DNA of 17,945 bases from Anaerolineae bacterium (GTDB taxonomy: Bacteria; Chloroflexota; Anaerolineae; S140-20): the NCBI GenBank assembly GCA_027021705.1, contig JALUTT010000015.1:1-17945 (forward strand), given 5' to 3'. Position numbers and translations under genes: made by a program. How positions within the stretch are numbered: the stretch's first letter is position 1; each line of letters starts with the position of its first letter. The notes under the pieces are model-generated. The model did no database searches and was not told where the DNA came from. It saw only the letters and a list, made by a program, of their open reading frames with translations. Positions 8,930 through 16,753 of the stretch are shown here, one piece after another.

Positions 8930-10231
8930 ATGACCGTCACAAGCCTGCACCGGGACACCTTCGTCTTCCCCCCCACCTGGCGGGTCACCTTCGTTGAACC
9001 CCAGCCCGCGACGCCCCTGCCCGACCTGGCGGCGGCCGTGCAAGAGGCCCTGGACCACCCCCTGGACTCCCCTCCGCTGCGGGAACTGGCCCATCCCGGC
9101 GATCAGGTGGTGATCGCTTTCCCCGACGCCACGCGAGCCTCACCGGACCACGTCTTTGTGCCGGCGCTGCTGGCCGAACTCTCCTATGCGGGCGTGCGGG
9201 AACGAGATGTGACGCTCCTCTGCGCCGTCGGCATGCATCGCCGCAGCACCGACGAGGAGAAGGCGGCCAAGCTGGGCGAGGAGGTCCTGACCCGCTACCG
9301 GGTGGTGGACCACGATCCCTACGACGTGATCCACCTGGGCGAACTGGAGGGCATCCCCTTGGTGGTCAGCCGCCACCTGCTGGAGGCGGACCTGGTGATC
9401 GCCACGGGCATCGTCGAGCCCCATCAGTACGCCGGCTACTCGGGGGGGAGCAAGACGGTGGTCATCGGCTGCGGCGGTGAGGGGACCATCACGGCGACCC
9501 ACTGCCCCGCCTTCCTGGACCGGCCCGGAGTGCGGCTGGGACAGGTGGAGGGCAACCCCTTCCAGGCTTTCCTGCGCCGAGGGGGGGAGCGGGTGGGGTT
9601 GCGCTTCGTCCTCAACGCGGTGGTGGACCCCGAGGGGCGGGCGGTCGCCGTGCGAGCCGGCCACCCGGAGAGTGTGCACGACGGCCTGGTGACCATCGCC
9701 CGTTTCCTGTACGAAGTGCCGGTGGAGCGCCAGTTCGACGTGGTGATCGCCGGGGTGGACCCGCCCAAGGACGTGAACCTCTACCAGGCCAGCCGGGCGG
9801 CGACCTACATCGCCCTCTCGTCGGCGCCGGCCCTGCGGCCGGGGGGGTTCATCATCCTGCCGGCCCGCATTCCCGAAGGGGCCGGCCAAGGGGTGGGGGA
9901 GCGCCGCTTCTTCCGCACCCTGGCCCGCCGGCGGAGCCTCCAGCAACTGTTGGATGAGATTCTGGAGGGGCCTTGCCTGGCCGGGGAGCAGCGAGCCTAT
10001 ATGGTCGCCCGCACCCTGCTGGACCACCCCATCATCGTCGTCGGGGCCGAGCACCCGGAGGTGGTGGAAGCCTGCCACATGACGCCGGCCGCAACGATGG
10101 AGGAAGCTTTCGAGATCGTGCGGGACTGGCTGGGCGACCACCTAGAGGTGCTGGTTGTCCCCCACGCGCTGCACACCATCCCGGTGGCTCCACGTCGGGA
10201 GCCCAGTTGGGCCTCCCTCGCCTTCCCGTGA
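8930..10231 (+). CDS. larA: LarA-family nickel-pincer 2-hydroxyacid racemase/epimerase (DUF2088)
   Basis: DATR, GMHR, EPHQYAGYSGGSK, ATH, NLYQ motifs; GAGGTG RBS; substrate not determinable from sequence. Confidence 0.88.
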   Translation: MTVTSLHRDTFVFPPTWRVTFVEPQPATPLPDLAAAVQEALDHPLDSPPLRELAHPGDQVVIAFPDATRASPDHVFVPALLAELSYAGVRERDVTLLCAVGMHRRSTDEEKAAKLGEEVLTRYRVVDHDPYDVIHLGELEGIPLVVSRHLLEADLVIATGIVEPHQYAGYSGGSKTVVIGCGGEGTITATHCPAFLDRPGVRLGQVEGNPFQAFLRRGGERVGLRFVLNAVVDPEGRAVAVRAGHPESVHDGLVTIARFLYEVPVERQFDVVIAGVDPPKDVNLYQASRAATYIALSSAPALRPGGFIILPARIPEGAGQGVGERRFFRTLARRRSLQQLLDEILEGPCLAGEQRAYMVARTLLDHPIIVVGAEHPEVVEACHMTPAATMEEAFEIVRDWLGDHLEVLVVPHALHTIPVAPRREPSWASLAFP

Positions 10232-10834
10232 CCGTGGCGCGGGTTTGATCACTCGCCCCTGGAGCCAGAAAAGCAACCCCAAAAGGGCACCTGTGATCAG
10301 GAGGTCCGGCCAGGTGCGGTGATACCCCACGTCCACGGATGGACGAGGTTGTGATAACCACAGGTCGGGCAAGGGCTGCGTGACCAGGATGGCCAGGAAG
10401 CTCACACCTATGAACCCCAAGTTGGTTGCGGCGAAGGCCAGAGGAAGTTTGACAAGGGCCTCTTTACCGGGTGCTCGGAGTATCCCTACCAGGAAAAGCA
10501 ACCCGCTGCTCCCGACGATTGCCAGGGCCAATAGACGCTGATGGGCATCCCGGCTGAAGAAGTCGTTCAGTTGGCGTTGCCAAGTACCGGCGGGAGGGCC
10601 AAAGCCTGCCCACTGATCCCACGGGGCCAGAATTCTCCCCGTTGTGAGGGTCATAAACCAGAACAGCAAGTACCAGGTCAGCACGAGGGCAAGTAGAGGC
10701 AGCACTAGCCTCCTACCAAGGCCGGCCGAATACAGCCGCAGGGATGACCGGCCTCTGGCTTTGTAGAGCAGGATACCAATCAAGATGCCGATCAGGATTC
10801 CGCATAGGATTTTGCTGGTCGTCCTGGTGTTCAC
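10142..10834 (-). CDS. Hypothetical multi-pass membrane protein, visibly lower GC
   Basis: About five hydrophobic segments; GGAGG RBS before GTG 10834; 3' end overlaps larA by 90 nt on the opposite strand. Confidence 0.65.
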   Translation of the reverse strand: MNTRTTSKILCGILIGILIGILLYKARGRSSLRLYSAGLGRRLVLPLLALVLTWYLLFWFMTLTTGRILAPWDQWAGFGPPAGTWQRQLNDFFSRDAHQRLLALAIVGSSGLLFLVGILRAPGKEALVKLPLAFAATNLGFIGVSFLAILVTQPLPDLWLSQPRPSVDVGYHRTWPDLLITGALLGLLFWLQGRVIKPAPRSREGEGGPTGLPTWSHRDGVQRVGDNQHL

Positions 10835-10956
10835 TGGGTTCCTCCGATTGGCATCAGCGCAAACCGGAAACAGGCTGGGATCACTCCGTGCCACGTATAG
10901 CGTACGAAGTGACCCCAGCCCTCTTGTGCACTACTTAGTGATTGGGGGACAAAAAA

Positions 10957-10995
10957 TTGAGCGTGACCAAAAGCTGTTGAATCACTGAGCAACTG
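10957..10995 (+). repeat. 39-bp direct repeat, copy 1
   Basis: TTGAGCGTGACCAAAAGCTGTTGAATCACTGAGCAACTG; 35/39 identical to 11198-11236. Confidence 0.9.
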
Positions 10996-11192
10996 AAAGA
11001 AATGAACGCACTGAGGGGTTGTGCGCCCCTTCCCCGCCGTCGGGTCACGGCCTTGCCGACGACCTGGGCCGCCCTGCACAAGGCTCAGTGTCTTCACCTT
11101 CCTCAGTGCTTGAGAACGGATAGCTGTCAGCGGATTTGAGAACGGATTGAGCGGATGGGAGGCGACGGCCCTCCGTAGGCGGTCCATCGAAG

Positions 11193-11607
11193 TCCGTTTG
11201 AGCGTGACCAAAAGTTGTTGAATCGCCGAGCGACTGGCGGGTTGGGTGGGTGAGGGGCATCGGCGTCTGGATGGGTCTCCTCGACCGGTTTCCGGTCAAC
11301 GAATGGGGGAACGAATAAACGAATGGGTTTGCTCCAGGGCGGATGGGGCGGATGAGGGCTTCATCGTGACCGCCTGACCAAACGACCAAGCGACCGAGCG
11401 ACCACGATGGGTGGTTCCTCCTGGTCAGCGGGCCGGGCAACGGGCCAAGCAACGAATGGGGACGAATGAGCGAATGCCCCGCGACTTGCCGGCCTGCCGA
11501 TTCGTTCATTCGTTTCCCATTCGTTGTCCGATTCCCCAACCAGGCGGGAGGGGGGGCGAGGGTATGGACGACCGCCCTCCAACCCATTTTGGTCACACCC
11601 AAATGGA
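11193..11607. mobile_element. Putative non-autonomous MITE-like element
   Basis: Terminal inverted repeats 11193-11213 and 11587-11607 (18/21 match); repeat-rich interior with no credible protein; no transposase and no clear target duplication. Confidence 0.5.
11198..11236 (+). repeat. 39-bp direct repeat, copy 2
   Basis: TTGAGCGTGACCAAAAGTTGTTGAATCGCCGAGCGACTG. Confidence 0.9.
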
Positions 11608-11619
11608 TTCATCTGTCTA

Positions 11620-11658
11620 CTGTAAATCCTTACAGGTTTGATCTGTCAGGTTTTACAG
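11620..11658. promoter_or_regulatory. Two tandem palindromic boxes CTGT(A/C)A-N4-TTACAG
   Basis: 11620-11635 CTGTAAATCCTTACAG and 11643-11658 CTGTCAGGTTTTACAG, upstream of a promoter. Confidence 0.55.
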
Positions 11659-11690
11659 GTTCCCCTTGTGCCAAAGTGGTGACGACCCAT

Positions 11691-11720
11691 TTGCCTCTTT
11701 CTCCCACCCTGTGCTATAAT
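11691..11720 (+). promoter_or_regulatory. sigma70-type promoter for the GT2-moaC-moaD/E genes
   Basis: TTGCCT (11691-11696), 18-bp spacer, extended TGc-TATAAT (11715-11720). Confidence 0.7.
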
Positions 11721-11782
11721 CTCCTCGCGCTCTGCGCTGAATCCCAGGCCCTTTCCCAGCGGATCCCAAGGAGAGAACTCCG

Positions 11783-12520
11783 ATGACCAACTCCCAACAG
11801 CCTCCCGCCGAGGCCGTGCGCGTGGACGTCGTCGTCCCCGTGCTCAACGAGGAAAAGGAGCTGGAACCCAACATCACCACCCTGCGGGCCTACCTGAAGG
11901 AACACTGCCCCTACCGCTGGCGCATCGTCATCGCCGACAACGGCTCGACCGACCGAACGCCGGAGATCGCCAAGATGCTGGAAGCCCGCTGGCCGGGTGA
12001 GGTCACCCACTTCCGGCTGGAAGAGCGAGGGCGGGGGCGGGCCCTGCGCCACGCCTGGCTGGCTTCCGACGCCGACATCGTCAGCTACATGGACGTGGAC
12101 CTCTCCACCAACCTGAACGCCTTCATGCCCCTCATCGAGCCCCTGGTGCGGGGCGAGTACCAGGTGGCCATCGGCTCCCGGCTCAAGAAGGGCGCCCGCG
12201 TGACCCGCCAGTGGAAGCGGGAGATCATCTCCCGCGCCTACAACCTCCTCATCAAGCTCCTCTTCCCCCATCGCCGCTTCTCCGATGCCCAGTGCGGCTT
12301 CAAAGCCCTCACCCGCGAGGCGGTCCAGAAGCTGGTCCCTCGGGTCCGGGACCAGGGCTGGTTCTTCGATTCGGAACTGCTCCTCCTGGCCGAGAAGGAG
12401 GGCTACCGCATCCACGAGGTGCCGGTGGAGTGGATCGAGGACCTGGACACCCGGGTGAAGATCATCCCCACCGCCTGGGAGGACGTGAAGGGGCTGATCC
12501 GGGTGCGATTGGGGTTGTGA
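11783..12520 (+). CDS. GT2-family glycosyltransferase, polyprenyl/dolichyl-phosphate hexose synthase-like
   Basis: [31 protein letters not shown] (DxD), [30 protein letters not shown]. Confidence 0.9.
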   Translation: MTNSQQPPAEAVRVDVVVPVLNEEKELEPNITTLRAYLKEHCPYRWRIVIADNGSTDRTPEIAKMLEARWPGEVTHFRLEERGRGRALRHAWLASDADIVSYMDVDLSTNLNAFMPLIEPLVRGEYQVAIGSRLKKGARVTRQWKREIISRAYNLLIKLLFPHRRFSDAQCGFKALTREAVQKLVPRVRDQGWFFDSELLLLAEKEGYRIHEVPVEWIEDLDTRVKIIPTAWEDVKGLIRVRLGL

Positions 12521-12522
12521 CG

Positions 12523-13110
12523 ATGGGCGACCGAGCCGAGGGAACCCGCCTGACCCACCTGGACGAAGCCGGCCGGGCTCGGATGGTGGACGTGGGGGCC
12601 AAGCCCGACACCGAACGGGTGGCGGTGGCGAAGGGGGCCGTCCGTATGCAGCCGTCCACCCTGGCCCTCATCCGCGAGGGGGCGATCAAGAAGGGGGACG
12701 TCCTCACGGTGGCCCAGTTGGCCGGCATCATGGCCGCCAAGCGCACCGCCGAGCTGATCCCTCTCTGCCACCCGCTCCCCCTCACCCACGTCGAGGTGGA
12801 GTGCACGCTGAACGAGGCGGAGAGCCGGGTAGAGATCACGGCCACGGCCCGCACGGTGGGCAAGACGGGCGTGGAGATGGAAGCCCTCACCGCCGTCGCC
12901 GTCGCCGCCCTCACCATCTACGACATGGCCAAGGCGGTGGACCGACGGATGCGGCTGACCGACATCCGGCTGGTGGAGAAGCGAGGAGGCCGCTCCGGCC
13001 ACCTGATCCTGGAGCCGGGGGGGGAGAGAGGCACCGAGGGATGGGAAGGCACCGAGGGCGGAGGCACCGAGGGGTGGGAAGGCGCCGAGGGCCGAGGCAC
13101 CGAGGACTGA
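12523..13110 (+). CDS. moaC: Cyclic pyranopterin monophosphate synthase MoaC with a repeat-derived C-terminal tail
   Basis: [58 protein letters not shown]. Confidence 0.95.
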   Translation: MGDRAEGTRLTHLDEAGRARMVDVGAKPDTERVAVAKGAVRMQPSTLALIREGAIKKGDVLTVAQLAGIMAAKRTAELIPLCHPLPLTHVEVECTLNEAESRVEITATARTVGKTGVEMEALTAVAVAALTIYDMAKAVDRRMRLTDIRLVEKRGGRSGHLILEPGGERGTEGWEGTEGGGTEGWEGAEGRGTED

Positions 13111-13134
13111 GGACTGAGGACCAAGGACCAAGGA
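13030..13134 (+). repeat. Five GGC(A/G)CCGAGG copies followed by heptamer repeats (GGACTGA x2, GGACCAA x2)
   Basis: Copies at 13030, 13048, 13063, 13081 and 13096 (spacing 18/15/18/15). Confidence 0.85.
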
Positions 13135-13140
13135 GGAGGA

Positions 13141-13920
13141 ATGCCTGCTATCCAGGTCAAGCTCTTCGCCACGATGCGGGACCGGCTGAAGACGCCCCAG
13201 CTCACCGTGGAGCTACCGGCCCCCCAGATCACCGTCTCCGAACTGCTGGAGATGCTGACGGAGACCTATCCCGAGATGGCCCCGATGCTGCCGACGCTGG
13301 TGGTGGCCGTGAACAAGGAGTTCGCCTTCGACGACACGCTGATCCGGGCCGGGGACGAGGTGGCCCTCTTCCCGCCGGTCAGCGGGGGGGCAGGGACGGA
13401 CGGCCCCACCCTCCTCCAGGTCACCACCGATCCCCTGGACCTGGATGAGCTGGTGGCCCGGATCAGCCGGCCGACGACGGGGGCCGTCGTCGCCTTCGTG
13501 GGGACGGTGCGGGGGCGGACGGGCGAGCGGGAGGTTACGGCGCTGCACTACGAAGCCTACACGGCGATGGCCGAGGCCAAGCTGCGCCAGGTGGCCGACG
13601 AGATCCGCGCCCGCTGGCCCGCCGTCGAGGGGATCGCCCTGGTGCAGCGGGTGGGCCGGCTCCCCGTGGGCGACGTGACCGTCTGCGTCGCCGTCTCGGC
13701 CGGCCATCGGAACCAGGGGGTCTTCGAGGCGGCCCGCTACGGCATTGATCGTCTCAAAGAGATCGTGCCCATCTGGAAGAAGGAAATCGGCCCCCAGGGG
13801 GAGACCTGGATCGAAGGCCACTACCGCCCGACGCCGGCCGACACCCAACCCTGGCGTCCCTACTACGACGAAGCCCGCACCATCGCCCAGAACCTGAAAG
13901 AGAGCGGCACCCGACGCTGA
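13141..13920 (+). CDS. Fused molybdopterin synthase MoaD-MoaE (MoaX-like)
   Basis: N-terminal VKLFA..GDEVALFPPVSGG followed in frame by MoaE motifs GAVVAFVGTVR, LHYEAY, IDRLKEIVPIWKKE; GGAGGAGG RBS. Confidence 0.93.
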   Translation: MPAIQVKLFATMRDRLKTPQLTVELPAPQITVSELLEMLTETYPEMAPMLPTLVVAVNKEFAFDDTLIRAGDEVALFPPVSGGAGTDGPTLLQVTTDPLDLDELVARISRPTTGAVVAFVGTVRGRTGEREVTALHYEAYTAMAEAKLRQVADEIRARWPAVEGIALVQRVGRLPVGDVTVCVAVSAGHRNQGVFEAARYGIDRLKEIVPIWKKEIGPQGETWIEGHYRPTPADTQPWRPYYDEARTIAQNLKESGTRR

Positions 13921-13934
13921 AATCCAGAGAGCTC

Positions 13935-13973
13935 GGTGCCCGGCCCCCCTCCTGGTCCCGGGGGCCGGGCACC
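13935..13973. other. Intercistronic hairpin before fabF (14-bp perfect stem, 11-nt loop)
   Basis: GGTGCCCGGCCCCC / GGGGGCCGGGCACC; no U-tract. Confidence 0.65.
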
Positions 13974-13998
13974 CCACATCGGCAGTGGGAGGAGCACA

Positions 13999-15240
13999 AT
14001 GAAGCATCGTGTCGTCGTCACCGGCCTGGGGGCCGTCACCCCGCTGGGGCTGGACGTGCCGACCACCTGGGAGGCGATGATCGCCGGCCGTTCTGGGGTG
14101 GACCGCATCACCCTCTTCGACGCCAGCGACTTCGCCGTCCAGATCGCCGCCGAGGTGAAGAACTTCGACCCCAGCCAGTACCTCTCCCGCCGGGAGGTCC
14201 GCCGGCGTGACCGGTTCGAGCACTTCGCCGCCGTCGCCGCTCAGGAGGCGGTGGCCCACGCCGGCCTGGAGATCAACGACCACAACGCCGACCAGGTGGG
14301 CATCATCATCGGCTCGGCCATCGGAGGGCTGTGGACCTACGAGGCCCAGTCCCACACCCTCTGGACCCGAGGGCCGCGCCACCTGAGCCCCTTCGCCATC
14401 CCGATGATCATGGTCAACGGGGCCAGCGGGCAGTTGGCCATTGACCTGGGGGTGCGGGGACCGAACTTCGCCGTCGTCTCTGCCTGCGCCACCGGCTCCG
14501 ACGCCATCGGCCAGGCCTTCCGCATCCTCCAGCGGGGCGACGCCCAGGTGATGCTGGCGGGCGGTGCCGAGGCGACGGTGGCCCCCATCGGCATCGGGGC
14601 GTTCGACCGGCTGGGGGCCCTCTCCCGGCGAAACGACGACCCCCAGTCCACCCCGCAGCCCTTCGACAAGGAGCGGGATGGCATCGTCATGGGGGAGGGC
14701 GCAGCCGTCCTGGTGCTGGAGACGCTGGAGCACGCGCTGGAGCGGGGAGCGACCCCCCTGGCGGAGCTGGTGGGCTACGGAGCGACGGCCGACGCCTACC
14801 ACATCATCGCGCCGGCCGAGCGGGGTGAAGGAGGCGCTCAGGCGATGCGCCTGGCCCTGCAAGACGCCGGCCTGCACCCCGAGGAGGTGGACTACATCAA
14901 CGCCCACGGCACGGCCACCCCCCTCAACGACAAGGCCGAGACGGAGGCGATCAAGACGGTCTTTGGAGAGCACGCCTACCGCCTCGCTGTCAGCTCGACC
15001 AAGTCCATGACGGGCCATATGATGGGCGCGACGGCGGCCGTCGAAGCGATGGCCTGCGTCCTGGCCCTGCGCGACGGGGTGATCCCCCCCACCATCAACT
15101 ACCGGACGCCGGACCCCGAGTGCGACCTGGACTACGTGCCCAACCAGGCCCGTCGGGCCGACCTGCGCGTGGCGATGAGCAACGCCTTCGGTTTCGGCGG
15201 TCACAACAGCGTCCTCATCTTCAAACGCTGGGAAGCCTGA
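13999..15240 (+). CDS. fabF: Beta-ketoacyl-ACP synthase II
   Basis: RVVVTGLG, SACATG (catalytic Cys), NAHGTATPLND, KSMTGHMMGA, NAFGFGGHN; GGAGGAG RBS before ATG 13999. Confidence 0.96.
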   Translation: MKHRVVVTGLGAVTPLGLDVPTTWEAMIAGRSGVDRITLFDASDFAVQIAAEVKNFDPSQYLSRREVRRRDRFEHFAAVAAQEAVAHAGLEINDHNADQVGIIIGSAIGGLWTYEAQSHTLWTRGPRHLSPFAIPMIMVNGASGQLAIDLGVRGPNFAVVSACATGSDAIGQAFRILQRGDAQVMLAGGAEATVAPIGIGAFDRLGALSRRNDDPQSTPQPFDKERDGIVMGEGAAVLVLETLEHALERGATPLAELVGYGATADAYHIIAPAERGEGGAQAMRLALQDAGLHPEEVDYINAHGTATPLNDKAETEAIKTVFGEHAYRLAVSSTKSMTGHMMGATAAVEAMACVLALRDGVIPPTINYRTPDPECDLDYVPNQARRADLRVAMSNAFGFGGHNSVLIFKRWEA

Positions 15241-15303
15241 TCCCACCTACACGACCCGCGAGCCACAACACCCAATACCCAATCTGGGCAAGACACACCT
15301 GCC

Positions 15304-16008
15304 ATGGATGACCTGGAAGCTCTGGAGTCTCGTTTGGGGATTCGCTTCGAGGATCGCTCGCTGCTCTTGCGGGCGTTGACCCATCGGTCCTACCTGAACG
15401 AAAATCCCGACCTGGCCCTGGAGGACAACCAGCGGCTGGAGTTCCTGGGCGACGCGGTGTTGGACTTCCTGACGGCGGAATGGCTTTACCACCGTTTTCC
15501 CGAGTTCCAGGAAGGCCGGCTGACCAGCCTGCGGGCGGCCCTGGTGCGCACGGCGACCCTGGCCCGCTTCGCCCGCCAGTTGGACCTGGGGGCCCACCTG
15601 CGGCTGGGGCGGGGCGAGGAGGAGAGCGGCGGCCGGCGACGCCGGGCCAACCTCTGCGACGCCTTTGAGGCTTTCATCGGCGCCCTCTACCTGGACCAAG
15701 GGCTGGAGGCGGTTCGGGCCTTCCTGGAACCGCTGATCGAGCCGGAGACGGAGCACATCCTGGCGGCGGAGCTGGACCGGGATCCCAAGAGCCGCTTCCA
15801 GGAGTGGAGCCAGGGGGTTCTGGGGATCACGCCCAGCTACCGGACGGTGGCCGAGCGGGGGCCGGATCACGCCAAGGTCTTCACCGTCGAGGTGCGGGTG
15901 GGGCGGAAGGTCTACGGGCGGGGGGAAGGTCCCAGCAAGCAGGCCGCGGCCCAGGAGGCGGCCCGCAACGCCCTGGCCAAAATAGCTCAGATGGAAGAGG
16001 CGCCATAG
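15304..16008 (+). CDS. rnc: Ribonuclease III
   Basis: ALTHRSY, NQRLEFLGDAVL signature, DAFEAFIGALYLDQG, C-terminal dsRBD (GPDHAKVF..SKQAAAQEAA). Confidence 0.97.
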   Translation: MDDLEALESRLGIRFEDRSLLLRALTHRSYLNENPDLALEDNQRLEFLGDAVLDFLTAEWLYHRFPEFQEGRLTSLRAALVRTATLARFARQLDLGAHLRLGRGEEESGGRRRRANLCDAFEAFIGALYLDQGLEAVRAFLEPLIEPETEHILAAELDRDPKSRFQEWSQGVLGITPSYRTVAERGPDHAKVFTVEVRVGRKVYGRGEGPSKQAAAQEAARNALAKIAQMEEAP

Positions 16009-16021
16009 AGGAACGAAGCCA

Positions 16022-16729
16022 ATGGGAGACTTCACGCCCATAAAACGAAAAGCCCTCTCCCTGTTTGAGAGCTGGGCAAACGGGAAGGGCATCTTGCTCT
16101 TCGCGGCTCTGGAACTGGCTTTCAACCTCTTCATTCTGCCCGCTATGGCCCCGAAGACGGGGCTGGCTGCCCAGGCCCCCCTGTTCGATGTCAAGCTCTG
16201 GTACACGCCCCAGGAGATCGGCCGCGCCCTGATGCTCTTCACGCCGGCCCAGCGGCGCGCGGCGGCCATTGGGCACCTCACCCTCGACGTCCTCTACCCG
16301 CTGGTGTACGGCACGCTCTTCAGTTTGCTCCTCATCCTCCTGCACCGGCCTTTCTCCACGGCGGAGCGTTACCGCCGCCTGCTGGCCCTCCCCTGGCTGG
16401 CCGTTCTGGCCGATTACGGAGAGAACATCCTTTTGGCAGCGCTCTTCCTGGCCTACCCTGCCCGCCTGCCGGCCCTGGAGAGGCTGGCTCCCCTCTTTAC
16501 GGCGCTCAAATGGACCTTGGTGAGCCTCACCCTGCTGGCGGTGACCTGGGGGTTGCTGAGGGTGCTCCTCTCCCGTCCCGTCCAGGGCAGATCGGCGGTC
16601 AAGGGGTGGCACAAAGTCGCCGCGGGGCTGGGGCTGGCGCTCCTGCTCCTGCTTGTGCTGGCCCTCGCCTGGGCCTACCTAGCGGCGGTCCACACCCTGC
16701 TCCTGCTGCCGAAGGAGGATGGGCGATAA
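16022..16729 (+). CDS. Hypothetical membrane protein
   Basis: About five hydrophobic segments; LDVLYPLVYG, ADYGEN, LKW; GAGGA RBS. Confidence 0.8.
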   Translation: MGDFTPIKRKALSLFESWANGKGILLFAALELAFNLFILPAMAPKTGLAAQAPLFDVKLWYTPQEIGRALMLFTPAQRRAAAIGHLTLDVLYPLVYGTLFSLLLILLHRPFSTAERYRRLLALPWLAVLADYGENILLAALFLAYPARLPALERLAPLFTALKWTLVSLTLLAVTWGLLRVLLSRPVQGRSAVKGWHKVAAGLGLALLLLLVLALAWAYLAAVHTLLLLPKEDGR

Positions 16730-16753
16730 CCCGTTCTGGACCTGGCGGCCCGG

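Noticed and set aside
10957..11236. Possible CRISPR array from the 39-bp repeats
   Set aside because: Only two copies, separated by about 200 bp, and no cas genes in the window.
10831..11786. Short ORFs in the repeat region (10831-11211, 11045-11602, 11361-11612, 11411-11641, 11466-11786)
   Set aside because: Translations are repeat-derived with no transposase or other motifs and no convincing RBS.
12211..12522. Extended N-terminus of moaC from the ORF track (likewise the fabF start at 13936 and starts at 2424, 3377, 4146, 10894)
   Set aside because: The extensions overlap upstream genes or hairpins, or lack an RBS; downstream starts fit RBS position and family N-termini better.
13213..15246. 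677-aa minus-strand ORF and similar long antisense ORFs (381-1280, 1255-2562, 2511-3422, 7885-8988, 9140-10141, 15247-16281, 16679-17941)
   Set aside because: Shadow frames opposite well-supported genes; expected in high-GC DNA and lacking recognisable motifs.
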